Source of the DNA: an uncultured virus (IMG/VR IMGVR_UViG_3300042516_001356)
Taxonomy: Duplodnaviria; Heunggongvirae; Uroviricota; Caudoviricetes
Strand: one strand, 5' to 3'
DNA length: 64,000 bases
Virus record (IMG/VR): IMGVR_UViG_3300042516_001356
The position numbers and the translations under genes are program-made. This document shows, in pieces, positions 44,946-55,712 of this stretch (its first letter is position 1; every line of letters starts with the position of its first letter). The notes under the pieces were generated by a model. The model was not told the origin of the DNA, ran no database searches, and was given only the letters and a program-made list of their open reading frames with translations.

Positions 44946-45359
44946 ATGGCTACATTTAGAAATCAATCACAAAGTTCATATTCCGTTGGATCTACCCCGC
45001 CAACCGTACAATGGACAGTTGTAAAAGGTGATACCGCTGCATTTAGGGTATACGTAACAGATGACGACAAAGATCCACTAGTTATTTCTGAGTGGACAGT
45101 TGAAATGGAAATTAAAAGACCAACAGTAGCGGGTAATCTTAATGATGCAAATCCAACAAGTGTATTAACGTTATATCCAGTAGCCACAGTAGAAGATGGA
45201 GATGGAGAGTTTACAGTATCTTTAACTTCGGCAGAATCAAGAAGTCTTAATACAGGTGATATTTTTGATATTGAACTAAGTGATGCAACTAGGGTTTGGA
45301 CAGTTGCTCGTGGCACCCTAACAATCATTGAGGATATTACAAACGGTCAAGAGTCATAA
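44946..45359 (+). CDS. BppU-like tail protein
   Basis: VQWTVVKGD...FDIEL...GTLTIIEDIT. Confidence 0.65.
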   Translation: MATFRNQSQSSYSVGSTPPTVQWTVVKGDTAAFRVYVTDDDKDPLVISEWTVEMEIKRPTVAGNLNDANPTSVLTLYPVATVEDGDGEFTVSLTSAESRSLNTGDIFDIELSDATRVWTVARGTLTIIEDITNGQES

Positions 45360-45580
45360 TGGCCTATGCTGTAATTGTTGATACAGATAGTCAAAAATTA
45401 AAAAGAATAAATTCTGTTGGCTACCCACTATCTGAAATAATTTACAAAGCAAATTCAGTAAAAATTAATGAAATTTTACCCTTTAGAATTAAATTTACCA
45501 CAATAGGAATTGCTCCAGCAAATGCAAATATCCCTGGAATTGGTCTTCAAGTTATTGGTGTAAATAACTATATACTTTAA
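45359..45580 (+). CDS. Hypothetical protein
   Basis: TAATG-coupled ORF. Confidence 0.6.
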   Translation: MAYAVIVDTDSQKLKRINSVGYPLSEIIYKANSVKINEILPFRIKFTTIGIAPANANIPGIGLQVIGVNNYIL

Positions 45581-45602
45581 CATATAATGATATAATTACA
45601 CT

Positions 45603-46049
45603 ATGGCAAAGATATCAACAGCAAACGTTAAGGCCCTGTTTGAAACAGGAGATAGACCAACACAGGCAAACTACGAAGATTTAATTGACAGCACTTCTGC
45701 TAGGTCTACAGATCTTGGTTCAGATGGCAATAACGAGTCAACAATTAATGGAATTGAAAACTCAACAGTGTTTGATAACTTTTTAGCAAGCGAGTTTAGA
45801 TCAATGAAGTATATGATCTCACTTAAATATGTAGCAGGTGGAGGAAACAAATACTCTGCTACTGAATTATCTATATTAGTTGACGGAACAGATGTATCCG
45901 TTAGTCAATATGGAATAGTTGAAAATGATGGGAATATTGGCACCATCTCTGTTTCACGGGCTGGAGATACAGTTTCATTAACTGTTGTTCCAGTTGGGGG
46001 AATTACACCTATAACTCTACGCTATATGCGTATGGGATTAAAGGCCTAA
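45603..46049 (+). CDS. Structural protein
   Basis: LFETGDRPTQANYEDLIDS; C-domain resembles the C-terminus of 46065-47825. Confidence 0.7.
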   Translation: MAKISTANVKALFETGDRPTQANYEDLIDSTSARSTDLGSDGNNESTINGIENSTVFDNFLASEFRSMKYMISLKYVAGGGNKYSATELSILVDGTDVSVSQYGIVENDGNIGTISVSRAGDTVSLTVVPVGGITPITLRYMRMGLKA

Positions 46050-46064
46050 CCAAGGAGATAAAAG

Positions 46065-47825
46065 ATGGCAACAGTAACAAAAGACTTTAGAGTAAAAGCG
46101 GGACTTGTAGTTGAGGGATCAACTGCTACCGTTAACTCTCACGATATATTAACAGAAGCATTAGTAGACGCCAAAGGTGATTTACTAGTAGCATCTGGTG
46201 CAGACGCAGTAACTCGTCTTGCCGTTGGAACAGATAATTATATTCTTACAGCAGACTCAAATGCAACAGATGGTATTGCTTGGAAGGCACCACAAGCAGT
46301 TGGTGTTTTTGAATCTTCAATTACATTTGAAGGTGCAACAGCAAACGATTTTGAAACAACTCTTTCAGTAACAGACCCAACTGGAGATCGCACAATCACA
46401 CTTCCAGATGCAACAGGAACTGTAGCACTTACTGCTGATATTACATCTGCAATAGATGCAATTTCAACAACAGTTATTGAGGAAGGTACAAACCTTTACT
46501 TCACTGATGAAAGAGCACAAGACGCAGTAGGTAATGCGGTCGGAACTGGTCTTACATACACAGACAGTACTGGAGCAATTTCTGTAACAGCAAATACTTT
46601 TGATGCATTTGGTGCAGCAGCATCAGCACAAACTGCAGCAGAATCAACTGCTTCAGGATATGTTTCAACTCACGCAGGACTTACATCAACTCACGGTGTA
46701 ACTGGTAATATCGTTGGAACAAGCGATGCACAGACTCTTACAAATAAAACACTTACATCACCAGCAGTAGACGGCAATGGAATTGTGTTTGAAGGTGCTA
46801 CAGCAAATGATTTTGAAACAACGCTTACAGTTACAGATCCAACCTCAGACAAGACTATCACTTTGCCAGATGCAACAGGTACTGTTGCTCTTACAAATAA
46901 CAAGTTAGATGTTTTTGCTGCAACAACTTCATCAGAACTTCGTACAGTAATCTCTGATGAGACTGGTACTGGAGCACTTGTTTTTGCTGATACCCCAACA
47001 CTTGTAACACCAAACATTGGTGCTGCAACTGGTACATCTTTGGTTCTTTCAGGGGACCTAACAGTTAACGGTACAACAACTACAATTAACTCAACAGAAA
47101 TCACAATTGATGATAAGAACCTTATTCTTGGTGCAGTAACATCTCCAACAGACGCAGGAGCAGACGGTGGTGGTCTTACTCTTAAGGGTGCTACAGACAA
47201 GACTTTTAACTGGGTAGATGCAACTGATTCATGGACATCTTCTGAGCACTTAGATCTTGCTTCTGGCAAGGTATTAAAAGTTGCTGGAACTCAAGTTCTA
47301 TCAGCAACAGAATACACAGGAAATGCTGCAACAGTAACAAATGGTGCATATACAACAAACAACTTAGGTGTATTCGCAGCAACAACTTCAGAACAACTTG
47401 CAGGAGTTATCTCTGATGAAACAGGAACTGGTGCTCTAGTATTTGCTAATACACCAACTCTTGTTACTCCAGTACTTGGTGCAGCAACTGCTACAAGCAT
47501 TGCTCTTCCAGATGCTCTTATGGGTTCTGCTCTTGCTACCGCTTCAGCCTCAGCAACAACAATTGACTCTTGGTCAGCAACAACATACTCAAGTGCTAAA
47601 TATATCGTGCAGATGAAAAAGGGTACAGATATTGAAGTAATTGAAGTTCTTGTAACAGTTGATGGATCAAACAACGTTTACTTAACAGAGTATGCAGATG
47701 TAATCAGTAACACTGAACTAGGAACAACTAACGCTGTTTACAGTGGTGGAAACGTTCTTCTTCAGGTAACTGGTGCATCAGCAGATACCGCTGTTAAAGT
47801 ACACAAAATTTATATTGAAGCATAA
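46065..47825 (+). CDS. Repeat-built tail fibre/structural protein
   Basis: AKGDLLVA; FEGATANDFETTL x2; VISDETGTGALVFA x2. Confidence 0.75.
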   Translation: MATVTKDFRVKAGLVVEGSTATVNSHDILTEALVDAKGDLLVASGADAVTRLAVGTDNYILTADSNATDGIAWKAPQAVGVFESSITFEGATANDFETTLSVTDPTGDRTITLPDATGTVALTADITSAIDAISTTVIEEGTNLYFTDERAQDAVGNAVGTGLTYTDSTGAISVTANTFDAFGAAASAQTAAESTASGYVSTHAGLTSTHGVTGNIVGTSDAQTLTNKTLTSPAVDGNGIVFEGATANDFETTLTVTDPTSDKTITLPDATGTVALTNNKLDVFAATTSSELRTVISDETGTGALVFADTPTLVTPNIGAATGTSLVLSGDLTVNGTTTTINSTEITIDDKNLILGAVTSPTDAGADGGGLTLKGATDKTFNWVDATDSWTSSEHLDLASGKVLKVAGTQVLSATEYTGNAATVTNGAYTTNNLGVFAATTSEQLAGVISDETGTGALVFANTPTLVTPVLGAATATSIALPDALMGSALATASASATTIDSWSATTYSSAKYIVQMKKGTDIEVIEVLVTVDGSNNVYLTEYADVISNTELGTTNAVYSGGNVLLQVTGASADTAVKVHKIYIEA

Positions 47826-47843
47826 CTAGAATAGAGGTCGGAA

Positions 47844-48302
47844 GTGGCAACTACTAATAGAGACTTTAGAGTAAAGCACGGCATTGCAGTAGCCGATGGC
47901 GGTACTTTTGGAGGAACTGTTACAGTTGCCACTCCTACTGAAAACGCACATGCAGCAACAAAACTTTATGTAGACAATGCAGTAAGTTCACCAACAATTC
48001 CAGTTAGTGAAACACAGCCAGTTTCTCCAGATAATGGAGATTTATGGTTTGACACAGTAACACAGCGTGTTCACGTTTATTATAGTAGTCAATGGATTGC
48101 TATTGCAACACTTGAAGATGCAGAAACGCTACAAGACCATATTCATGACACATCAATTGATGGAACTGGATTGGTTGTAAGTAGATTTATTGATGCTGGG
48201 TTTTATTATGAACCTGGAGTTCTTGTAAGTGCTGGACTTTATAACACTACAGAATTTGAAGCAACGTATGACGGCGGGATAGCAACAGATAATTTTAATT
48301 AA
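47844..48302 (+). CDS. Structural protein
   Basis: HAATKLYVD and GDLWFD fibre motifs. Confidence 0.7.
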   Translation: MATTNRDFRVKHGIAVADGGTFGGTVTVATPTENAHAATKLYVDNAVSSPTIPVSETQPVSPDNGDLWFDTVTQRVHVYYSSQWIAIATLEDAETLQDHIHDTSIDGTGLVVSRFIDAGFYYEPGVLVSAGLYNTTEFEATYDGGIATDNFN

Positions 48303-48338
48303 TTATCTGTTATAATATAACTAAGTATAGGGAGTAAC

Positions 48339-49628
48339 ATGGCAACCAGAATGCAACAGCGTAGAGGAACTGCAGCGCAGTGGATCTCTACAAACGGAGG
48401 AGCAGGACCAGTATTAAATGCTGGCGAAATGGGTTGGGAATCAGACACAAATAAATTTAAAATTGGTGATGGTGTAAATAACTGGACAAGCCTAGACTAC
48501 TTCTCTGATGTTAACTCTACCGTTAACCCTGCTTTTGGTTCAAGCATTACTTTTGAAGGCGCTACCGCAAATGATTTTGAGACAACTCTTGCAATAACAG
48601 ACCCAACTGCTGACCGTACAATTACTTTTCCAGATGCAACAGGCACAGTAGCCCTAACATCTGATATTTCAGAACTTTCACAAGATGCTATTGATTCTGC
48701 ACTAACTGCGGGTACAGGTATAACAAAGACTTATAACGATGGCGCAAACACACTAACTTTGGCAGTAGACACCACAACAATTCAGGCTCGTGTTACAGAT
48801 GTGTCTGATACCGAAATTGGATACCTTAATGGTGTTACTTCAGCAATTCAAACCCAACTAGACGATAAGTCAACTGCTTCAAAAACAGAAACACTTACAA
48901 ACAAAACTTTAACTTCTCCAGTAATCAATACACCTACTGGAATTACAAAAACAGACGTTGGTCTTGCAAATGTTGATAATACAACAGATGCAAATAAACC
49001 AGTCTCAACTGCAACTCAAACAGAACTTAATCTAAAAGCAAATCTTTCAGGAGCAACATTTACTGGGGCGGTATCTGGAACAGATTTAACTCTTTCTGGT
49101 AACTTAACAGTTAATGGAACAACAACAAATATTAATTCAACGAACCTTGTTGTTGAAGATAAAAACATTGTTCTTGGAGACACTACAGAACCAGCAGACG
49201 CAACTGCAGATGGTGGCGGTATAACATTAAAAGGAACAACTGATAAAACCTTTAACTGGGTAGACGCTACAGACGCTTGGACTTCATCAGAACATATTAA
49301 TCTTGCTTCAGGCAAGTCATATCATATGAATGGCACTTTGCTTAAAGATGTTTCAGAAACCCTTACTAATAAAACATTAGGAAGTGCGGTAGCAACAACA
49401 TCATTTACTCTTAATGCTACAGCAGAACTTAGACTTGCAGATACAGACTCAAGTCACTATGTTGGTTTTAAATCTCCAGAAACTGTTGCAGCAAATAAGG
49501 TATGGACACTTCCTTCAACAGATGGAACTGCTAATCAGGTTTTAACAACAGATGGCTCTGCAATTTTATCTTGGTCAACACCTGCAGCAGGAGTAGACGA
49601 AGCAATCATAATTATGGGTGCTTACTAA
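48339..49628 (+). CDS. Tail fibre with Mtd-N/hyaluronidase-like N-terminus
   Basis: RMQQRRGTAAQW...GEMGWESDTNKFKIGDG; VGLANVDNTTDANKPVS. Confidence 0.75.
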   Translation: MATRMQQRRGTAAQWISTNGGAGPVLNAGEMGWESDTNKFKIGDGVNNWTSLDYFSDVNSTVNPAFGSSITFEGATANDFETTLAITDPTADRTITFPDATGTVALTSDISELSQDAIDSALTAGTGITKTYNDGANTLTLAVDTTTIQARVTDVSDTEIGYLNGVTSAIQTQLDDKSTASKTETLTNKTLTSPVINTPTGITKTDVGLANVDNTTDANKPVSTATQTELNLKANLSGATFTGAVSGTDLTLSGNLTVNGTTTNINSTNLVVEDKNIVLGDTTEPADATADGGGITLKGTTDKTFNWVDATDAWTSSEHINLASGKSYHMNGTLLKDVSETLTNKTLGSAVATTSFTLNATAELRLADTDSSHYVGFKSPETVAANKVWTLPSTDGTANQVLTTDGSAILSWSTPAAGVDEAIIIMGAY

Positions 49629-49660
49629 AATACAAAGCACTAACCCTTAACTAAAGATTA

Positions 49661-49692
49661 ACACGCCTTAAACAAGCGTGTTTTTCTTTTTA
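49661..49692 (+). terminator. Intrinsic terminator
   Basis: ACACGC...GCGTGT plus T tract. Confidence 0.65.
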
Positions 49693-49767
49693 ATTCTATG
49701 ATATACTTAACACTACTTTGAATTTTACAAAGTACTTATAGTATTTTAATAGAAAGTTGGAACATAA

Positions 49768-51798
49768 ATGTCAGATATTTTTTCTTTTCGTTTGTCAGAT
49801 GAGTTTGTAAATAAATATATTGAGGCACCAGCCCCATTTGGCTTTTCAGATGCTGGGTCAAACTCTTTAGGAGAGATTACCTTTATACGTACATACTCTA
49901 GGATGAAAGATAATGGAACTAAAGAAAGATGGCATGAGGTTTGCAAGCGAGTAATTGAAGGAATGTACTCTGTACAAAAAAACCACGCTAAAGACAATAG
50001 ACTTCCATGGAATGATAATAAGGCTCAAAAGTCTGCTCAAGAAGCCTTTCAAAGAATGTTTGAATTAAAATGGACTCCGCCAGGTAGAGGACTTTGGGCA
50101 TTTGGAACTCCAATGACTATGGAAAAACGTAACTCTGCCTCTCTTCAGAATTGCGCTATGGTTTCTACTCGTGATATTGATCGTAATGATCCAGGAGCAC
50201 TATTTGCTTGGGTTATGGATGCTTTAATGTTGGGTATTGGAGTGGGGTTTGATACCCTTGGTCAAGACAAAGAAATGTCAATCTATTCTCCAACAGAACC
50301 AGAAAATGTATGGGATATTCCAGATACTCGTGAGGGTTGGGTTGACTCAGTAAGAATGCTTTTAAACTCATACCTGCGCCCCAATCAGGCTATACAGAAG
50401 TTTAATTATGACCTTATCCGTCCACTAGGTGCCCCTATAAAAGGCTTTGGAGGGGTTGCTAGCGGTCCAGAACCACTCATTGCACTACATAGTAAGATAG
50501 ACAGGGTAATTGGCGGTAGAGCAGGAGAAATACTTGATTCTCGTGCAATAGTAGACATTGTAAACCTTATTGGTACGTGTGTTGTTTCTGGAAATGTTCG
50601 TCGTTCTGCTACCTTGGCTTTAGGACTACCAGAAGATAAAGATTTTATTAATTTAAAAAATGCAGAGGCTTTTCCAGATAGAAACTCATTTGATTCAGAA
50701 AATCCAGGATGGGCTTGGATGTCTAATAATTCTATCGCTGCAGAGGTTGGAACAAAATATGAAGACTATGTTGACTTAATTGCAGATAATGGTGAGCCAG
50801 GATTTATTTGGTTAGACGTTGCTAGAGATTATGGAAGATTAGCGGATGCTCCAGACCATAAAGATTCTCGTGTTATGGGATTTAACCCTTGCGCCGAACA
50901 ACCCTTAGAAAGTTATGAACTATGTACACTGGTAGAGGTTCACTTAAACCGTCATGAAGATAAAGAAGATTTTCTTCGTACGTTAAAGTTTGCATATTTG
51001 TATGGAAAGACTGTTACATTAATGCCAACACATTGGCAAACCACAAATGGAATTATGCAACGTAACCGTCGTATTGGAACATCGCTAACTGGCATTGCGT
51101 CATTTGCAGATACAAAAGGCATGCCAATAATTCGTGAATGGATGGACGAAGGGTATAAAAAGATTCGTTCATACGATCACTCATACTCAGAATGGCTATG
51201 TGTACGTGAATCAATTCGTGTAACTACCGTCAAACCTTCTGGCTCTGTATCTTTGCTTTCTGGTGCAACTCCTGGAGTTCATTGGGGTCCTGGAGGAGCA
51301 TTCTATCTTCGTGCTATTAGGTTTGGAAATACAGATCCAATGCTTCATTTATTTAAAGCAGCAGGGTATAAAATTGAAGCAGACCTAGTATCTGCAAACA
51401 CATCAGTAGTATATTTTCCAGTAGCGTCTGGACATCCAAGATCTGAAAAAGATGTAAGTCTTTTTGAAAAAATTGGTTTGGCTGCTACTGCTCAAAAGTA
51501 TTGGTCTGATAATGGAGTATCGGTAACCTTATCATTTGACAAAGAGTCTGAGACCAAGCACATTGCCCCAGCATTACACATGCATGAAGGTCAACTAAAG
51601 GCAGTTTCATTTTTACCTATGGGTAACAAGACTTATCCACAACAGCCATACACAAACATCACAAGAGAAGAATATAACTCTTATGTTGGTAAAATTGGTA
51701 AAATTGATTGGTCTGCTATTTATGATGGTAAGGATAATCTTGATGCAGAGTCTGAAAGGTATTGTTCAACAGACGCTTGCGAAATTAAACTATATTAA
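49768..51798 (+). CDS. nrdJ: Class II (adenosylcobalamin-dependent) ribonucleotide reductase
   Basis: RTYSR, PPGRGLW, LQNC, GNVRRSA, NPCAEQ, TTVKPSG, C-terminal CSTDAC. Confidence 0.93.
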   Translation: MSDIFSFRLSDEFVNKYIEAPAPFGFSDAGSNSLGEITFIRTYSRMKDNGTKERWHEVCKRVIEGMYSVQKNHAKDNRLPWNDNKAQKSAQEAFQRMFELKWTPPGRGLWAFGTPMTMEKRNSASLQNCAMVSTRDIDRNDPGALFAWVMDALMLGIGVGFDTLGQDKEMSIYSPTEPENVWDIPDTREGWVDSVRMLLNSYLRPNQAIQKFNYDLIRPLGAPIKGFGGVASGPEPLIALHSKIDRVIGGRAGEILDSRAIVDIVNLIGTCVVSGNVRRSATLALGLPEDKDFINLKNAEAFPDRNSFDSENPGWAWMSNNSIAAEVGTKYEDYVDLIADNGEPGFIWLDVARDYGRLADAPDHKDSRVMGFNPCAEQPLESYELCTLVEVHLNRHEDKEDFLRTLKFAYLYGKTVTLMPTHWQTTNGIMQRNRRIGTSLTGIASFADTKGMPIIREWMDEGYKKIRSYDHSYSEWLCVRESIRVTTVKPSGSVSLLSGATPGVHWGPGGAFYLRAIRFGNTDPMLHLFKAAGYKIEADLVSANTSVVYFPVASGHPRSEKDVSLFEKIGLAATAQKYWSDNGVSVTLSFDKESETKHIAPALHMHEGQLKAVSFLPMGNKTYPQQPYTNITREEYNSYVGKIGKIDWSAIYDGKDNLDAESERYCSTDACEIKLY

Positions 51799-51833
51799 TT
51801 TTCGTCCTGCTATAATAAGGGGATAGGAGAAAT

Positions 51834-54800
51834 ATGTCTACCCCATCAAATTTATATGCAGAAAAAATATATTCTGAGCATCCAGTAGTCTTGTGGGCCT
51901 TAGACGACAAACTTGATTATAAGAGTTTAATATCTGAAGCCCAACGCAATCTTGCAACTTTCTGGACACCAACAAATGCTGCTCTTGCAGCCTCTGCTGC
52001 AGATATAAACAAACCTTTTGTAGATAGTCATTTATCAAGAATTAGGGTTGACGTACCTTTATCAGAAACGCTTGAAGCATCAGTTATTAGTCCAAACATA
52101 CTTAACCTTAATACTTTTGAAGATCTTGGAACTTTTACTGTCGGATCTTATTTTTATTCAAATAGTTTATTTTTACAAACAGTGTCAATAGGGTACGAGT
52201 ACACTGATCCAGACACGTCATTGATAGTTCAAAATTTAAAAACTTTTACAACAACTCTTTATCAAAAATGGGGATTTATTTCTGAAACTTTTGAAATACC
52301 AAATGTTTCTGCACAACTAAGGATTGTTTTTAAGATTAAAGTTTTTGAAGGATCAGTAACTTCTGAAGATAATGAATTTTATGTTAATGGTATTACCTTG
52401 GGGCAATGGAATGAAGAGTTTAACACTTATTCTTTAAACGGAATAACAGAAATTGAAGTTCCTTCAGATATAAGTATTTATGGCGGATACAATGCGGTAA
52501 AAGCAGAAGCATACGGAATAGCAGAAGATTCTGGATACTATATTACTGAGGGTGGGTTAAAATGTAAAAATACTGGCATTCCATTAGTTTATGGTGCCAG
52601 CGGAGTAACACGATTAGAACCAAACACTGATGCATCTTTGATTATTCCAGGAAAAGGATTTTTAAATAAAAAAGGACAATACAACGACTACACTATTGAA
52701 TTTTGGGCAAGAATAGCAGCAAATACATCTACACCATTTAAAGTATTTGGCCCAATATCCTCAGAGGATGGGTTATATGTTGAAGATGGATTTTTAACAT
52801 TAGTTGTTGGAGATCAATTTGCATCGCACTTTGTAGGCGAATGGTTTAGACCAATGCTTATTCATATTCGTTTAATTAAAAATTCTGCATCTTTGTTAGT
52901 TAATGGTGAAGAAGTTTTATCATTATCTTTAGATACCGCTAGTTTAATTTTTCCAGAAGAACTTGACAACAGCGGAAATAGTCAAGACTGGCTAGGCTTT
53001 TATGCAAGCAGCAACGTATATCCATTTGAACTTGATTGTGTTGCTATATATTCTTACCAAGTTCCAATTACAGTTGCAAAACGTAGATGGGTTTATGGTC
53101 AAGGGGTTATTTCTGCAGAAGGAATTAATTCGTCTTATGGCGGAACCACCGCTTTTATAGATTATTCATTTGCAGACTATACCGCTAATTACAATTATCC
53201 AGATTTTGCTGGCTGGGATCAAGGCAGTTTTGACAATTTAACAACTACTCAAACAAGTTTAAGAACTCCAGATTATAATTTGCCAGAAATATTTTTAGGC
53301 ACTAAAACATTACAAGATTTATACGACGACAACAAAGATGCACAAGATAATGAGTCTGGGCCTGTTATTAATAATAAGTTTTTATCATTTAGACCTAACA
53401 ACACTTGGAATTCTGTTGAGTCATACATAAATTTTTCAACATTTAACTTATTGCCAAGCGAAGTTGAAAGTTGCTATGGAGTGTTTAGTTCGCACAACTT
53501 AGCATCAGATGAAATATTATTTAAAATATACAACCCTTTAAATAATAACTACTTTACAATTTTTAAAGATGGAAATTTAATTAAATATTCTTTAACCTAT
53601 AATGGAGTTACCCAGTTACTTTTTACTTCTAGCGCCATTTCTGCCAACAGTCTTTTTTCAGTTGGATTTAATATAAAAAAAATGTCAGAAAAATTTGGCA
53701 GCAACGTAAATTCATTTTTTGGAAATCAAAGTTCGTTAAAAATGTATGTGTGTGGAGAAGATTCTGGAGAGTTTACATTTACTGGAAGGCTTTATTCTGT
53801 AGGATTATCTACAACATTAAATTCTACAAAAATAACAGATTATGTTGACATCAACGGATTTATTGAAATAGATAAGGGTCAAGAGTTGATCAACCATACT
53901 TCTAGTTACACTATACTTCCATCAGAGGCTTATGAAAAATATTTCTTAGACATAGGTGTTGCTGGATCCTGGCAAGACTACCTTCCACTTTCTTATTTTG
54001 CTCAGTTTGTAAAAAATAGTAACAATCAAGAGTTTTATGAAATAGATTTTTTACAGTTTAATTTAGGGTATCCAACAACAACTACTTTAGAACAAGAGTC
54101 TGGGGCATCTTCTTATTATTACAATACAGATGGTGCACAGATAAAAAGTTATGTAACATTTCAATATGTTGCCGATGGTGCAAATAACCCCAATCTTTTT
54201 GCTAATGAAGAAGCGCCAGATGAGCATAAAGTGCTTGACTTAAATAATTATGAAAATTGGGAAACAACTAGATTTGAAGTTTTGAATAATACATTAATTT
54301 ATCCAATTAAGTCGGTAGACTTTAATCAACTTGCAATTGTCTACAGCCTTGAGTTCAATAGTCGTGGAGTTTTAACTAAGCCGATTTTATTAAATAAGTT
54401 ACAGTTGGCATCTCAGGCATTTAATGATAACTCTTTTAATCCCATAGGAACCAGATTTGGAGTAGACCTGTTTCCATATAAAAAGAATGGTATTTATTTT
54501 GATTATAAGTCTAAAAATCCTTTTAGTATATATAAAGAAAGCACCCCATACCTACATTTAACGAAAACATCTGGAATTGAGGTTCGTGGTGAAATTAACA
54601 TTTTAGAAAATCGTGGAATAAATCTGCCGATTAACAGGGAGTTAGCAACAGAATATAAGGTAAGTGCTATGCAGTTGTGGTTAAAGTATGATCAAGACGC
54701 ATTTCCAGCAACAGCAACAGAGATTTTTGAAATTAATCATAAAGATGGAACTTTAAAATTTTACTTACAGGCAAACAGTGAAGACTTAAATAGAGGTAGG

Positions 54801-55298
54801 GTGTTTGTTTTAAATCAGAACGGTGTTCCATACAATGGTGTTGGATTTTATTTAAATGGAATTTTAGTAAAAGAACCAGTTTTATCTCTTAAAGCGTGGT
54901 CTTCAATAGGTATATCATTTTTAACTTCTCTTGTCTATAATTCATATCTTGGAAGCATAAATTTGACTGGTCCGATATTATTTAATAATATTGCATATTA
55001 TCAAGCAAACAGCCTACAGGAAGTTGAAAGTAGAACATTTAGGCCATGGTTTAAGGTATTAACAGACGGCATTACGACAAATGACTGGCAGTTCTGGTTC
55101 AATAACTTTACCTGGGACGGTATGTTAGTAATAGGATCATCAGAGTTCTATGGAATTAATCCATCAGATATTTATAAAACGTATACAGGCACAAATAAAA
55201 TAATTGTTGATGATGGAGAAGGCTTAGTCTATCAGCCTGAAAAATTAAATGTGTATGCAGAAGTAGATTGGTCAACTAACGTATCCACACCAGTATAA
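51834..55298 (+). CDS. Large virion protein with LamG/ConA-like domain
   Basis: HPVVLWALDD, YTIEFW, LLVNGE, DCVAIY. Confidence 0.65.
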   Translation: MSTPSNLYAEKIYSEHPVVLWALDDKLDYKSLISEAQRNLATFWTPTNAALAASAADINKPFVDSHLSRIRVDVPLSETLEASVISPNILNLNTFEDLGTFTVGSYFYSNSLFLQTVSIGYEYTDPDTSLIVQNLKTFTTTLYQKWGFISETFEIPNVSAQLRIVFKIKVFEGSVTSEDNEFYVNGITLGQWNEEFNTYSLNGITEIEVPSDISIYGGYNAVKAEAYGIAEDSGYYITEGGLKCKNTGIPLVYGASGVTRLEPNTDASLIIPGKGFLNKKGQYNDYTIEFWARIAANTSTPFKVFGPISSEDGLYVEDGFLTLVVGDQFASHFVGEWFRPMLIHIRLIKNSASLLVNGEEVLSLSLDTASLIFPEELDNSGNSQDWLGFYASSNVYPFELDCVAIYSYQVPITVAKRRWVYGQGVISAEGINSSYGGTTAFIDYSFADYTANYNYPDFAGWDQGSFDNLTTTQTSLRTPDYNLPEIFLGTKTLQDLYDDNKDAQDNESGPVINNKFLSFRPNNTWNSVESYINFSTFNLLPSEVESCYGVFSSHNLASDEILFKIYNPLNNNYFTIFKDGNLIKYSLTYNGVTQLLFTSSAISANSLFSVGFNIKKMSEKFGSNVNSFFGNQSSLKMYVCGEDSGEFTFTGRLYSVGLSTTLNSTKITDYVDINGFIEIDKGQELINHTSSYTILPSEAYEKYFLDIGVAGSWQDYLPLSYFAQFVKNSNNQEFYEIDFLQFNLGYPTTTTLEQESGASSYYYNTDGAQIKSYVTFQYVADGANNPNLFANEEAPDEHKVLDLNNYENWETTRFEVLNNTLIYPIKSVDFNQLAIVYSLEFNSRGVLTKPILLNKLQLASQAFNDNSFNPIGTRFGVDLFPYKKNGIYFDYKSKNPFSIYKESTPYLHLTKTSGIEVRGEINILENRGINLPINRELATEYKVSAMQLWLKYDQDAFPATATEIFEINHKDGTLKFYLQANSEDLNRGRVFVLNQNGVPYNGVGFYLNGILVKEPVLSLKAWSSIGISFLTSLVYNSYLGSINLTGPILFNNIAYYQANSLQEVESRTFRPWFKVLTDGITTNDWQFWFNNFTWDGMLVIGSSEFYGINPSDIYKTYTGTNKIIVDDGEGLVYQPEKLNVYAEVDWSTNVSTPV

Positions 55299-55316
55299 TC
55301 TGCTATACTTGTGGTT

Positions 55317-55712
55317 ATGGAATCTTTAATTAATCCAAAAACTGGTAAGCCTTATGTCAAAAATGTACGTCGTCAGGTAATAGATAAGCATTATGACTGG
55401 GGTCTTTACGTATATAAGACATCTGCTGGTAAATGGTTTACGGACGAAGAAGGCTCAGTTCTAAATATCCCGTCCGACCGTGGAGACATTGCAAAAATTG
55501 CAGAGTTAAAAAAGGTTGCAATGCATCACGGAGATGATGGACTTGGTAAAGCGGTATTTGTTCCAGGGCTAACTCAGGTTAGTGAAGAAGAATATTCTGA
55601 ACAAAAAGCAAGATTAAAAGAAGGATTAATTCCTTCAATGAATGACTTAGGTGCTTGGCATGCAGCACAACAAACATTAGAAAAACATGGAAGAGGAGCA
55701 ATGGATGAGTGA
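55317..55712 (+). CDS. Hypothetical protein upstream of portal
   Basis: TGCTATACT 7 nt before ATG; overlaps the portal start. Confidence 0.75.
   Translation: MESLINPKTGKPYVKNVRRQVIDKHYDWGLYVYKTSAGKWFTDEEGSVLNIPSDRGDIAKIAELKKVAMHHGDDGLGKAVFVPGLTQVSEEEYSEQKARLKEGLIPSMNDLGAWHAAQQTLEKHGRGAMDE

Noticed and set aside
48339..49628. Diversity-generating retroelement target (Mtd-like N-terminus)
   Set aside because: No reverse transcriptase and no TR/VR pair with adenine-specific mismatches seen.
49768..51798. Intein or intron in nrdJ
   Set aside because: Continuous 676-aa ORF of normal size with no splicing or homing-endonuclease motifs.
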